Under the pieces are notes generated by a model. It did not search any database. It was not told where the DNA came from and saw only the letters and a list, made by a program, of their open reading frames with translations. Positions 15,854-25,000 of a stretch of 45,732 bases of DNA are shown piece after piece. Each line of letters opens with the position of its first letter. The first letter of the stretch is position 1. The stretch comes from a virus (Duplodnaviria; Caudoviricetes). Where the stretch lies: the IMG/VR virus record IMGVR_UViG_3300012940_000042, positions 1 to 45,732 of that record, one strand, 5' to 3'. A program made the position numbers and the translations under genes.

Positions 15854-17233
15854 ATGGCAAGCTCAATGCAGAAAATAGGAAATTTTTTCAAAAATATATT
15901 TTCTAGTGAAAATAATAGCACTAGAAAAGGTAGAGTTTACCCTAACAGGATGAACTATCTATATGAAAAAATGCGTGTTGAAAATGATAGACTTAAAGCA
16001 TATAATGAATGTTGGGTTATGTATGTTGAAGACCCTAGGATTTCTGCTGCCATTGATACTACTGCTGGCTCTGCAACTAATGGTAGCTTTACAATACATT
16101 TTAATAAAGCTAAAACTAAAGTGGAAAAGGTATTAAATGATGCAGATGAAATTATCAATGGTATAAAGAAACGTTGTCAAATAGATTTAAAAATTCTAGG
16201 AATAGCTAAAGAATTGCTTATTCTAGGAGACGCTTTCCTAGAAGTTATTGTAGATTTTAGTACAAATGAAATTATTAATTTAAAAAAATTACCTGCTAGA
16301 AGTATTTTTAGAATTGAAGATGAATTTGGTACATTAGTTGGCTTTGAACAAAAAAATGAGCTTAATGAAGTTATTGCTGAATTTGAACCATGGCAAATTC
16401 TCCATATGAGATGGAATCATTTCTCTGGTCAACTTTATGGTACATCTATGATTCGTTCTGTAAGAAGTGTATATAAGAAATTAAAAATGACTGAAGAAGA
16501 TTTAGTTGTAAGAAGAAGAACAAGAGCAGGTCTTAAATTACATCATTATGGAGCAGACCCACAAGAACCATTAGAACCAGATGAAGTAGATGAATATATT
16601 GAACAAAATTCATCTTCTCCACTAAATGTTAGGACGGATTTTTATTCTAATGGTAAGTGGAAAATTGATGTATTAAAATCAGATGATGGTGTAAATCAAA
16701 TTGAAGATATTAAACATTTAGAAGATGCATTATTTATTGGGCTTAGAACTCCAAAAGGTTTACTTGGAATAGGCGAAGACCCAAATAGAGCAACTTTAGA
16801 AAGACAAGAAGTTGCATATATTCGTTTATTAAATGAAGTTACTAATGTTATTAGTGACCAAATCAGACAAGTATTTGATTTAGGATTAACTCTTAAAGGT
16901 CTTAATCCTGAAAATATTGAATATGAACTTATTTGGGATGAAAAGACAGTTGAAGATATAAACCAAAAAGCTGAAAGATTAGTGCTTCTTACTAATGTCG
17001 GTTTCATTTCTAAAGAAACAGCAACAGGTGAGTTGGGATATAATTTTGACGATGAACAGTATAAAATTAAGCAAGAAATTAAAAATAATCAAGATATAGA
17101 TTATACTCAATTAAATACAACAAAATTTATTGACCCTAATTCTATAATTCAAAGTTCTAGGGAAAAATTAAAACATCAAGGTCGTTCAGATAATGGAGAT
17201 GGGCAAAATCAAAATCCTAATCCTCAAAATTAG
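15854..17233 (+). CDS. Portal protein
   Basis: Follows terL; LGDAFLEV, WQILHMRW...LYGTSMI, FISKETA..ELG; ATG 15854 after AAAGGAG. Confidence 0.88.
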   Translation: MASSMQKIGNFFKNIFSSENNSTRKGRVYPNRMNYLYEKMRVENDRLKAYNECWVMYVEDPRISAAIDTTAGSATNGSFTIHFNKAKTKVEKVLNDADEIINGIKKRCQIDLKILGIAKELLILGDAFLEVIVDFSTNEIINLKKLPARSIFRIEDEFGTLVGFEQKNELNEVIAEFEPWQILHMRWNHFSGQLYGTSMIRSVRSVYKKLKMTEEDLVVRRRTRAGLKLHHYGADPQEPLEPDEVDEYIEQNSSSPLNVRTDFYSNGKWKIDVLKSDDGVNQIEDIKHLEDALFIGLRTPKGLLGIGEDPNRATLERQEVAYIRLLNEVTNVISDQIRQVFDLGLTLKGLNPENIEYELIWDEKTVEDINQKAERLVLLTNVGFISKETATGELGYNFDDEQYKIKQEIKNNQDIDYTQLNTTKFIDPNSIIQSSREKLKHQGRSDNGDGQNQNPNPQN

Positions 17234-17249
17234 AAAAGAGGTTTTTTAA

Positions 17250-18098
17250 ATGAATTTGGTTGAAAAACTTCAAAAAGAAGCAGAAGATTTTATGGCAAAA
17301 AGACTTAAAACAGAAAAGAATATTACAAAAGATTTCTTAAAAATTATAGATGATTTAGAAGATGAAATTGCTACTGAATTATCAAAACAAGGTAATATCA
17401 ATTTGAATTATGTTACTATTATAGTTCAACAAGTTTTAATGCCAGTTATACAAAAATATGCTTCTAAACAATTAGATTATTTAAATAATGTTATTGATAA
17501 TACATTTAATGCTGGAATAAATCAAGCACAGCAATTATTAAGTCTTACTCCATTAGATATTCCACCTTTAGAAAAAGATAAGATGGAAAGACAAAATGAT
17601 TATCAAGATACATTAAGTGCTTTATTACTTTATTCAAATCAATTAATAACTGGATTAAACAATGATTTAAATAATAAACTTAATAGTGACATTACAAGCA
17701 TGTATATAATGTCAAAAAATCAAAATAATCCTTCTATAAATAAATCTGAAAGAGATACAGAAAAAGATTCAATTTTTAATACAGTTTTATCTGGTACAGT
17801 TATAGCTAAGTATATAAAATCTAGTTTCAATAATATTAGAAATAGAGCTGACATTATTTCACAGACAGAGGTAATTAGGGCTCTTAATAGTGGTATCTTA
17901 TTAAGATATATAAATGAAGTCAAATATGTTAAATGGATAGCAATTCAAGATAATAGAGTATGCAGGAATTGCTTAAGTATGTCAATTAATGACGATGGAA
18001 TTTATCCGGTAGGTTCTATAAGTCCTCCACCATTGCATCCTAGATGCCGTTGCGTATTAATTCCATATGATGAAAAATGGTTATCTATTGCATACTAA
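17250..18098 (+). CDS. Minor head morphogenesis protein (SPP1 gp7 / MuF family)
   Basis: RADIISQTEV.RA.N.G, WIAIQDNRVCRNC, PPLHPRCRC. Confidence 0.88.
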   Translation: MNLVEKLQKEAEDFMAKRLKTEKNITKDFLKIIDDLEDEIATELSKQGNINLNYVTIIVQQVLMPVIQKYASKQLDYLNNVIDNTFNAGINQAQQLLSLTPLDIPPLEKDKMERQNDYQDTLSALLLYSNQLITGLNNDLNNKLNSDITSMYIMSKNQNNPSINKSERDTEKDSIFNTVLSGTVIAKYIKSSFNNIRNRADIISQTEVIRALNSGILLRYINEVKYVKWIAIQDNRVCRNCLSMSINDDGIYPVGSISPPPLHPRCRCVLIPYDEKWLSIAY

Positions 18099-18115
18099 TT
18101 TAGGAGGTGAAAGTT

Positions 18116-19231
18116 TTGTTTGATATTTTGGAACAGGAAGCAAATAAACCTTTTAAAATTAAAGGTATTGCAATGATTAAAAATAGTCTATCCAAAAATG
18201 GCAGATATTATTCTGATAAATTAGTTGAATCAGTTGTAAATAAAGTAAAGAGTGTTATTGAAGCAAACGGTTCTTATCCATTAACTATGATGGCGGACCA
18301 TCCTAATCCTTTTACATCAAATAAAACCTTAAGTACAGTTGGTAAAATTACTGATATGTATTTAGAAGGTGATAATGCTGTTATTGAAGCTGTTATAGCA
18401 AATACCTCTGTTGGAAAAGATGTCCAAGAATTAATAAAAGGTCAATTTGTAGAAGGGCTTTCTATTAGGGCATCCAAAGGAAAAATGAAAAAGAGGAATA
18501 TTAACGGCAAAATGGTAAATGATGTTATGGAGATGGAGTTAAATGGCGTTGATTTAGTAGTAAACCCTGGTGTTGATGGAGCTAAGGTTACAGACGTCAT
18601 TGAAAGTTCCGAAGATGGAGTATTTATTTCTATTGAAGAAGAAATACAAGATATTGATATAAATGAAGGCCAGGAGGTTAAAACCGTGGATTTGATGGAA
18701 GCTAAACTTGCTGATTTAAGAGAAAAACGACCAGATTTGGTTGAGTCCCTTAAACAAGAATTTAAACCAGTTTTTGAAAGTGAATTTAAACTTGATGAAC
18801 TTCAAGAATCAATTAATACATTAAATAAAGAAAAAACTGAATTAGAAGGTAAACTTCAAGAATCTGAAAAATCGCTTAAAGAAGTTCAAGAATCCGAAAA
18901 AGACCTTAAAACTAAACTTGAAGAATCTGAAAATAAATTGAAAACTATTGAAGAATCAGAAAAACGTGCTAAACTTGATGCTCATATTGCTGAAAAAATA
19001 GGTGAATTGAAATTTGCTGATTCTGTAAAAGATAAGATTAAAGAAAAATTGAGCGTTCTTGAATCTGAGGAAGAAATTGATAAAGTCCTTGAAGAAGAAG
19101 TTCAATACTTGGAAGCAGTTATTAAAGAATCAACTGGTGTTGGTATTTCTGGTAAAGGTAAACGCGGTGAAAATATAAATGAAAATATTGACGACGATGA
19201 TGAATTTGTTAAACTCGTCGAAAGTATGTAA
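18116..19231 (+). CDS. Prohead protease fused to scaffold
   Basis: SKNGRYYS, MADHP, GLSIRA, DLVVNPG protease motifs; acidic coiled-coil C-half; TTG 18116 after AGGAGGTG. Confidence 0.85.
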   Translation: MFDILEQEANKPFKIKGIAMIKNSLSKNGRYYSDKLVESVVNKVKSVIEANGSYPLTMMADHPNPFTSNKTLSTVGKITDMYLEGDNAVIEAVIANTSVGKDVQELIKGQFVEGLSIRASKGKMKKRNINGKMVNDVMEMELNGVDLVVNPGVDGAKVTDVIESSEDGVFISIEEEIQDIDINEGQEVKTVDLMEAKLADLREKRPDLVESLKQEFKPVFESEFKLDELQESINTLNKEKTELEGKLQESEKSLKEVQESEKDLKTKLEESENKLKTIEESEKRAKLDAHIAEKIGELKFADSVKDKIKEKLSVLESEEEIDKVLEEEVQYLEAVIKESTGVGISGKGKRGENINENIDDDDEFVKLVESM

Positions 19232-19251
19232 TAGGGGGTTAAGATAATATT

Positions 19252-20181
19252 ATGACTGCATTTTATAAAAAAGTATTGGAACATTTTGATACTCTTAAAT
19301 CTACTGGAGCTCTTACAGAAGCAGTAGAACAAACAACTGATGATACTCTTGCTATTCAACAACCTAAATTTAGTAAAGCTTTAATTACTAAAGCATATAA
19401 TGAAATGATTGCTCTTGAATTATTTGAAACTGGTACAATGACTGGTCCAGTTGAAAAAACTCCAGTTGAAACTTACGCACGTGATGGCGCAGTAACAACA
19501 ACTGAAGTTAAAGAAGGCGGCCAAATTGGTACTGCTAAAACTGAATATAGCTCAGTTCTTTTGGAAGCTGTAGGTTACAAATTACAATCAAAACTTTCTG
19601 CTGAAGCTATTGAAGATGCTCAAAATGCTGGTAATATTAATTTAATTGCTAGGGCAATTGCTAATATGGGTAGAGATATTGCTGAAGAAATTGATGGTAA
19701 ATTAATGAACCTTATGGTTACTTCTGCAGCAGCTGGTAATACTGATGTTGCAAAAGCTGATAAAACTGCTAAAGAAGTTTCTGCTGCTATTGTTGAAGGT
19801 ATTGTAGATGCAATGCAAAATGTTAAAAAGAAAAATTACCGTCCAGATTTCGTAGTTGTAGACCCTAATATCTTCGGCTATCTTGCTAAAAATGATGAAT
19901 TTGTTCATGCTGATAAATATGGAGATACTAAGCTTCAACAAACTGGTTTCATGGGTAAAATTCGTGGCCTAGAAGTATTTGAATCTAATAACATGCCTGC
20001 TGATACAGCTGTTATTGGTAAACGTAGAACATTTGGTGTATATAAAGTTTATATTCCTACAATGTTACGTGGTCCAGTTTATGACCCTGATACTGATAAA
20101 GAAGTTTATGTTGTTCGTCAACGTTCTGCAATGAAGGTAACTGTTGGTGAAGCATTGTCAACTCTTCATGTAGTAGCGTAA
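19252..20181 (+). CDS. Major capsid protein (HK97 fold)
   Basis: LSAEAIEDAQ, DIAEEIDGKL, PDFVVVDP, GKIRGLEVFESNNMP; position after scaffold. Confidence 0.88.
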   Translation: MTAFYKKVLEHFDTLKSTGALTEAVEQTTDDTLAIQQPKFSKALITKAYNEMIALELFETGTMTGPVEKTPVETYARDGAVTTTEVKEGGQIGTAKTEYSSVLLEAVGYKLQSKLSAEAIEDAQNAGNINLIARAIANMGRDIAEEIDGKLMNLMVTSAAAGNTDVAKADKTAKEVSAAIVEGIVDAMQNVKKKNYRPDFVVVDPNIFGYLAKNDEFVHADKYGDTKLQQTGFMGKIRGLEVFESNNMPADTAVIGKRRTFGVYKVYIPTMLRGPVYDPDTDKEVYVVRQRSAMKVTVGEALSTLHVVA

Positions 20182-20196
20182 TTAAATAATAAAACA

Positions 20197-20235
20197 AAAT
20201 AAAGGGTAATATTTATTATTATCCTTTATTTTTTT
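20197..20235 (+). terminator. Intrinsic terminator after the capsid gene
   Basis: AAATAAAGGGTAATA...TATTATCCTTTATTT followed by T-run. Confidence 0.65.
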
Positions 20236-20272
20236 ATTCTTGGATTATTTATTGGAGGAGGTTAATAAAAAA

Positions 20273-20596
20273 TTGGAATATATTCAATTAAAAAAGGGCG
20301 ATAAAGTTACCTATAATGGTGACATGCCGTATAAATTAGGTAATGGTCAACAAGTTAATAAGGTAGGTGACGAATTAGTGATTAAAAGCGATGTTAAAGT
20401 ACAAAGTAGATTATTTAAATTACAAGATTCAAATGAAAATGGCGAATCAAAAGATAATAAAGAAGATAAAATTGATTTAGAATCTATGGATAAAGAACAG
20501 CTATTAAAATTTGCAGAAGAAAAAGGTATTGATGTTGATAATAGAAAAGGTGAAAAAAAATTAAGAGAAGAATTACAAAGCAAATTGGCTGAATAA
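20273..20596 (+). CDS. Head-associated protein with C-terminal Rho-N/HeH-like motif
   Basis: DLESMDKEQLLKFAEEKGIDV...KGEKKLREEL; TTG start after GGAGGAGG. Confidence 0.6.
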   Translation: MEYIQLKKGDKVTYNGDMPYKLGNGQQVNKVGDELVIKSDVKVQSRLFKLQDSNENGESKDNKEDKIDLESMDKEQLLKFAEEKGIDVDNRKGEKKLREELQSKLAE

Positions 20597-20608
20597 ACTT
20601 TTCCAAAG

Positions 20609-20666
20609 AATAAAGTATAGTATTCTGTATATTATAAATATGCAGATATTATACTTTATTTTTTTT
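20609..20666 (+). terminator. Long terminator-like hairpin before the head-tail adaptor SD
   Basis: AATAAAGTATAGTAT.CTGTATATT / AATATGCAGATATTATACTTTATT then T-run. Confidence 0.5.
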
Positions 20667-20678
20667 GGAGGTGTAAAT

Positions 20679-21305
20679 ATGGAAATTAATGAGTTAATAG
20701 ATAGATTAAGACATCAAATAGGTGATATAGATTTAGAAAATCCTAATATTACTGATGAAGAATTAGAACGTATATTAGAAGATTCTGCTGCTGAATATAG
20801 CAGATTAAAAGCATACATTAAATTTGATGAAACTCAAACTTATGACCCAAATAATAATGTTTATAATGCACCAGAAGATTCAATTAAGATTAAAAATGTT
20901 GTTTTGAAAAGTAATCCAAATTACAGTTTTGATTTTATTGATAATCTCGACCAAATTATATTGAATAATCAATTTAATGTAGACTCGGACCAACTTAAAA
21001 TAACATATATTCGATTCTTTAAACCAAGTGATATAGATTTAAGGGAAATAGACTTATATCTCATGTATGCAGAGGCTCTATGCTATAAACTTATGGCATC
21101 AAAAACAGCAGAACTTATTAAGTTTTCTACTGGTGAAAAAATGTTTGATGAAAGTTTAGTTTCTGATAAATTTAGAAAATTATATGAGGATGCTGTAAAA
21201 CAATTTAAAAAAGTAGCAATTAAATCATATGGTAAAAGAGCAAATTATGTTAACTTTAATTTTGATTATAATTTGCCATACCCACCAAAAGGTGAAGAGC
21301 TATGA
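20679..21305 (+). CDS. Putative head-tail adaptor
   Basis: IDRLRHQIGD.D.....TDEELE pattern; synteny. Confidence 0.6.
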   Translation: MEINELIDRLRHQIGDIDLENPNITDEELERILEDSAAEYSRLKAYIKFDETQTYDPNNNVYNAPEDSIKIKNVVLKSNPNYSFDFIDNLDQIILNNQFNVDSDQLKITYIRFFKPSDIDLREIDLYLMYAEALCYKLMASKTAELIKFSTGEKMFDESLVSDKFRKLYEDAVKQFKKVAIKSYGKRANYVNFNFDYNLPYPPKGEEL

Positions 21306-21721
21306 ATAAAAAAATGTATAATAGGATGTTAGATAAAATACATGAATTAAATGAAAGTGTTTTATCTACTCCTATTTTAATTAAAAAATTATTACCAAAA
21401 GAACAACAACCATCTTATAATAGACTGCTTAAAGAATATTCAGATACAAATAATAAATTATATGAAATTATTGCAGATACTTCAGGTATTTTTGCTTCAT
21501 ATAAAGAAAGTGAAGATTGGCGTGAAAATGGTATGTTAGGTATACATGATTATTCCTGTTCCATAAATGATAATTTACCTAATATAAAAGAAGATGAATT
21601 AAATTTATATATGGTTGAAAGAAAAGAAGATGGAAAACAATATGAAATTATTTTTTATAGAGAATATATTGGTGAAGTATTATTAGGTCTAAGACCGGTG
21701 ATAACTAATGGGACTATTTAA
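21302..21721 (+). CDS. Putative head closure protein
   Basis: Synteny and size. Confidence 0.45.
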   Translation: MNKKMYNRMLDKIHELNESVLSTPILIKKLLPKEQQPSYNRLLKEYSDTNNKLYEIIADTSGIFASYKESEDWRENGMLGIHDYSCSINDNLPNIKEDELNLYMVERKEDGKQYEIIFYREYIGEVLLGLRPVITNGTI

Positions 21722-22241
21722 AGTTAAAGTTGAAGGAGTAGAAAGCTTAAGGTATTATTTAAGAAATATTAAAGTTGCTAATCAAAGAGAATTAAATAAA
21801 TCTTTAAATGAAATAGGCTCTTATTTGGAAGGGAAAGTAAAAGATAAATTTGGTGTTTATCAACATGGATGGCCAAAATTAAAAACTGCTACTGTATTAG
21901 CAAAACAAAGGAGAAGGTCATCATTAAGAAGCTATAAAAAAGCATCATTTACTAAATTTATTAAAAAATTTAATAAAGCTATTGGAGGAGACGACCCATT
22001 AGTATTATTTGGTAAATTACATCAAAGTATTAAACATCAACTAAGAGGAACAAAAATGGATAAAGAAGCTGTTGTCTATTCTGATAATGAATATTCTGCA
22101 GTTCATGAATATGGTTATGCTCCTAAAAATATTCCAGCTCGTAGTTATATGAGAACTACATTATTAGATGAAGAAGATTATATAGTACAAATTATTAGTA
22201 ATAGAATAGGTAATATTGTAAGGAGGAAGGTTTCATCATGA
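21708..22241 (+). CDS. Neck/tail-completion protein (virion morphogenesis family)
   Basis: WPKLKTAT, PL...GKLHQSI, YSAVHEYG, IPARSYM. Confidence 0.75.
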   Translation: MGLFKVKVEGVESLRYYLRNIKVANQRELNKSLNEIGSYLEGKVKDKFGVYQHGWPKLKTATVLAKQRRRSSLRSYKKASFTKFIKKFNKAIGGDDPLVLFGKLHQSIKHQLRGTKMDKEAVVYSDNEYSAVHEYGYAPKNIPARSYMRTTLLDEEDYIVQIISNRIGNIVRRKVSS

Positions 22242-22822
22242 TACCTAAAATAGAATTTTTAGAGTATAATTTTTTATTATCACTTATTGATTATTTTCAA
22301 AAAGCATTAGATGGTAAAGTTGTAAATAATCAAAGCATTATTGTAATTCAATCTTTTTCTGATAAAAGTAATCCTTATACATCACCTTCTATTTCGATTG
22401 AAATATTGCATAGAAAAAATAGAAGTATAGGTTTTCAGGATTATTTTGGTGATATTGATAATAATACAGATATAGAGGAAATTGAAGGTACAAAATTGGA
22501 GTATACTGTCCAAATAAATGTATACTCTAATACAAGAGGTAGTATTCATAAATGGTCATCTTTATTGGATAATCAATTAAAAATAGCATCTAAAGAAAGT
22601 ATACCTCTAAATATTTATGATGATAATGGTAACATAATTAAATCAAGTGAAAGATTTATTGATTTTGATTATTCCAAAGATGTTACTAATAAAAATATGG
22701 AGCCAAATGTAATGACATATGATTTTCATACTATTTATGAAATTAAAATGTCAGTATTACAATTATTTGGTGAAGCTAATGAAATTATTGAGAAAAACAA
22801 TATTAATTCTGAGGTGAAATAA
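22238..22822 (+). CDS. Putative tail terminator
   Basis: PSISIE, YTVQINVYS; immediately before sheath. Confidence 0.5.
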   Translation: MIPKIEFLEYNFLLSLIDYFQKALDGKVVNNQSIIVIQSFSDKSNPYTSPSISIEILHRKNRSIGFQDYFGDIDNNTDIEEIEGTKLEYTVQINVYSNTRGSIHKWSSLLDNQLKIASKESIPLNIYDDNGNIIKSSERFIDFDYSKDVTNKNMEPNVMTYDFHTIYEIKMSVLQLFGEANEIIEKNNINSEVK

Positions 22823-22825
22823 TAA

Positions 22826-23899
22826 ATGGCTGAATATAATATTCCTGGTGTTTATAGTCAAGTTGATGCTAGTGCTGCTGTAAATACTACAGGTGCCAGT
22901 GATAATGTTATTGGAATAGTAGCCCAAGCAGATAATGGCACTGATAATCAACCCTATGCGCCATTATCTTATAATGATGCAGTAACTAGATATGGTGAAA
23001 ATTCCAATTTAGTAAAATTAATGAAAACTGCAATGGAAAATGGTGGAAATAAATTTATTCTTGTTAAAGTTAAAAAATCTGATGATTATTCATTAGATTA
23101 TGAATCTGCATTTAGTGCATTAGACTTAGAAGAAGCAGTAAATATTGTTATTACTGATGCTACCGATCCACTTATTCATGCATCATTAAAAACACATGTT
23201 TATAATGCATCTGACAATAGTAAAGAAAGAATTGCAATTGTTGGATTTGCACCTAATACTGACCAAAATACTGTTCAAACTAGTGCAGCAACATTAAATG
23301 GTGGAAGAATTTATACTTCTTATCCAAATCCATTAGATAGTACAGGTGCTGAATTAGATGGCATTTATAGTGCTGCAGCAATTGCTGGTCAAATTGCAGC
23401 TGAAACTGACCCATCTATGCCAATGACAAATGTTCAATTAAAAGGCTTTTATGGTCTTGCTAAAAAATTAACTATTTCTGAAATGGATTCATTGATTGAA
23501 AATGGTGTTATTCCTTTACAAGTTAGAAATGGTTCAATTACTATTGTTAGAGCTATTTCAACTTATACAAAAAATGATGCTGGCAAAGATGATACTACAT
23601 GGCAGGAATTAACAACTCAAAGAACTAGTGATGCCATTATGAAGGATTTAAGAGACGACCTTGCTAGTAAATTTGCAAGAGCTAAACAAAATGCTAGAAC
23701 AAGGGAAGCTATTAAAACAGAAGTTGTTAATAAACTTTTAAGTTATCAGGATTTGGAATGGATTGAAAATGTTGACCCAGAAAATGATGTTTCAATAGAA
23801 GTTAATCCAACTAATCCTTTAAGAAATGATTTAGACTTCAAATTTGACATTACTGGTCCTTTGAATGTTATTAATATTATTGGACATCTTGTTATATAA
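22826..23899 (+). CDS. Contractile tail sheath protein
   Basis: PGVYSQ start, AAAIAGQIA, LIENGVIPL, IVRAISTY, WQELTT.RT.D. Confidence 0.88.
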   Translation: MAEYNIPGVYSQVDASAAVNTTGASDNVIGIVAQADNGTDNQPYAPLSYNDAVTRYGENSNLVKLMKTAMENGGNKFILVKVKKSDDYSLDYESAFSALDLEEAVNIVITDATDPLIHASLKTHVYNASDNSKERIAIVGFAPNTDQNTVQTSAATLNGGRIYTSYPNPLDSTGAELDGIYSAAAIAGQIAAETDPSMPMTNVQLKGFYGLAKKLTISEMDSLIENGVIPLQVRNGSITIVRAISTYTKNDAGKDDTTWQELTTQRTSDAIMKDLRDDLASKFARAKQNARTREAIKTEVVNKLLSYQDLEWIENVDPENDVSIEVNPTNPLRNDLDFKFDITGPLNVINIIGHLVI

Positions 23900-23913
23900 G
23901 GGGGTAAGATTAG

Positions 23914-24297
23914 ATGGCAGAATTTCCTACTAGTAAAGATATATACTTTGAAGTTGATGGTAAAAAAGTTGCAGTAGTTCAGAATTATAGTGCATCTTTT
24001 AGTAAAGATGATAAAGAAATAGATGCATTTGGAGAAGAACTACCTGTTGGTTTTGCTCCTGGTAAAAAAACTTATACTATCAAAATTACTAAAGCATATA
24101 TCCATGATAATGCATTAAAAGATGGCATTGATTTCTATAATATCAATAATTTCAACTTTGTCATTGTAAAACCTGATAGAAGAGTAGTTTATACTGGATG
24201 TTCTATTACAGGTATTGATGAAGATGGTTCGTTAAATGATACTATTGCTGAAAATATTAATATTCGTGCTACTGTAAGACGTGAAGATAAAAGGTAA
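23914..24297 (+). CDS. Tail tube protein
   Basis: After sheath; YFEVDGKKVAVVQ, YTGCSIT, IAENI. Confidence 0.8.
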   Translation: MAEFPTSKDIYFEVDGKKVAVVQNYSASFSKDDKEIDAFGEELPVGFAPGKKTYTIKITKAYIHDNALKDGIDFYNINNFNFVIVKPDRRVVYTGCSITGIDEDGSLNDTIAENINIRATVRREDKR

Positions 24298-24319
24298 TAA
24301 ATAGAGGAGGAATTAAGAA

Positions 24320-24781
24320 ATGAGCTTACTCGATAAAATTAAAAATGGTAAGAAAAATTATAAAGTAATTCAATTTCCAAATACAGAGGAGAAAGTTGCA
24401 ATTGTTCTTTTATCATCCGAAGATTTTATTGATGCTAAAGTAAAAACAGAACAATACTGTAATGAGAAAGGAATTACAGATGATACTTATATAGAAATTG
24501 AGCATCAAATACAAATTGTTTATAAAGCATTAAGAGATAAAGATGATATTAGTAAAAAATTAGCAGATTCTATTGATGAAATTAGGTCATTAAGAGTAGA
24601 TGAAATTAGTTATATAATGACTGAATATAATCAATTCCAAATGGAAGTTAGTCCTCTCTTAAATGCTATTAATGAAGAACAATTTGAGGAACTAAAAAAA
24701 ACATTAGGGAAAATGAGTTGGAAAGATTTAAATGGAGAGTCCTTACTCGCTTTAAGAAATTTCCTAATGAGCCTTGTGTAA
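24320..24781 (+). CDS. Tail assembly chaperone (G-type)
   Basis: Between tube and tape measure; strong SD GAGGAGG; slippery A8 run. Confidence 0.8.
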   Translation: MSLLDKIKNGKKNYKVIQFPNTEEKVAIVLLSSEDFIDAKVKTEQYCNEKGITDDTYIEIEHQIQIVYKALRDKDDISKKLADSIDEIRSLRVDEISYIMTEYNQFQMEVSPLLNAINEEQFEELKKTLGKMSWKDLNGESLLALRNFLMSLV

Positions 24782-24987
24782 AGGATTTAACGGACGGAGA
24801 ATGGCTCTATCTTTTAGCCAATCAAGAAATAGATAATGAAGAATATGAAGCGCAATTATGTAATTATTGTAAAGAACAAATGGAAATTAAAAAATGTGTA
24901 AGTTGTGGAAGAGAAATAAAAGAAGAAAGTGGTAATGAATCGTTTGATATGGAAAAATTTAATAAATTAAAGGAAAATGCAAAATAG
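24700..24987 (+). CDS. -1 frameshift extension of the tail assembly chaperone (GT-type), with CxxC..CxxC
   Basis: A AAA AAA at 24694-24700; the -1 frame opens just after TGA at 24685 and runs to 24987. Confidence 0.75.
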   Translation, partial: NIRENELERFKWRVLTRFKKFPNEPCVKDLTDGEWLYLLANQEIDNEEYEAQLCNYCKEQMEIKKCVSCGREIKEESGNESFDMEKFNKLKENAK

Positions 24988-25000
24988 GTGGTGAATCTTT

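Noticed and set aside
11340-20640. GAATA-N15..17-TATTAT phage late promoter consensus (11392, 15707, 20608, also 38315)
   Set aside because: Spacing inconsistent and motif too AT-rich to separate from background without TSS data
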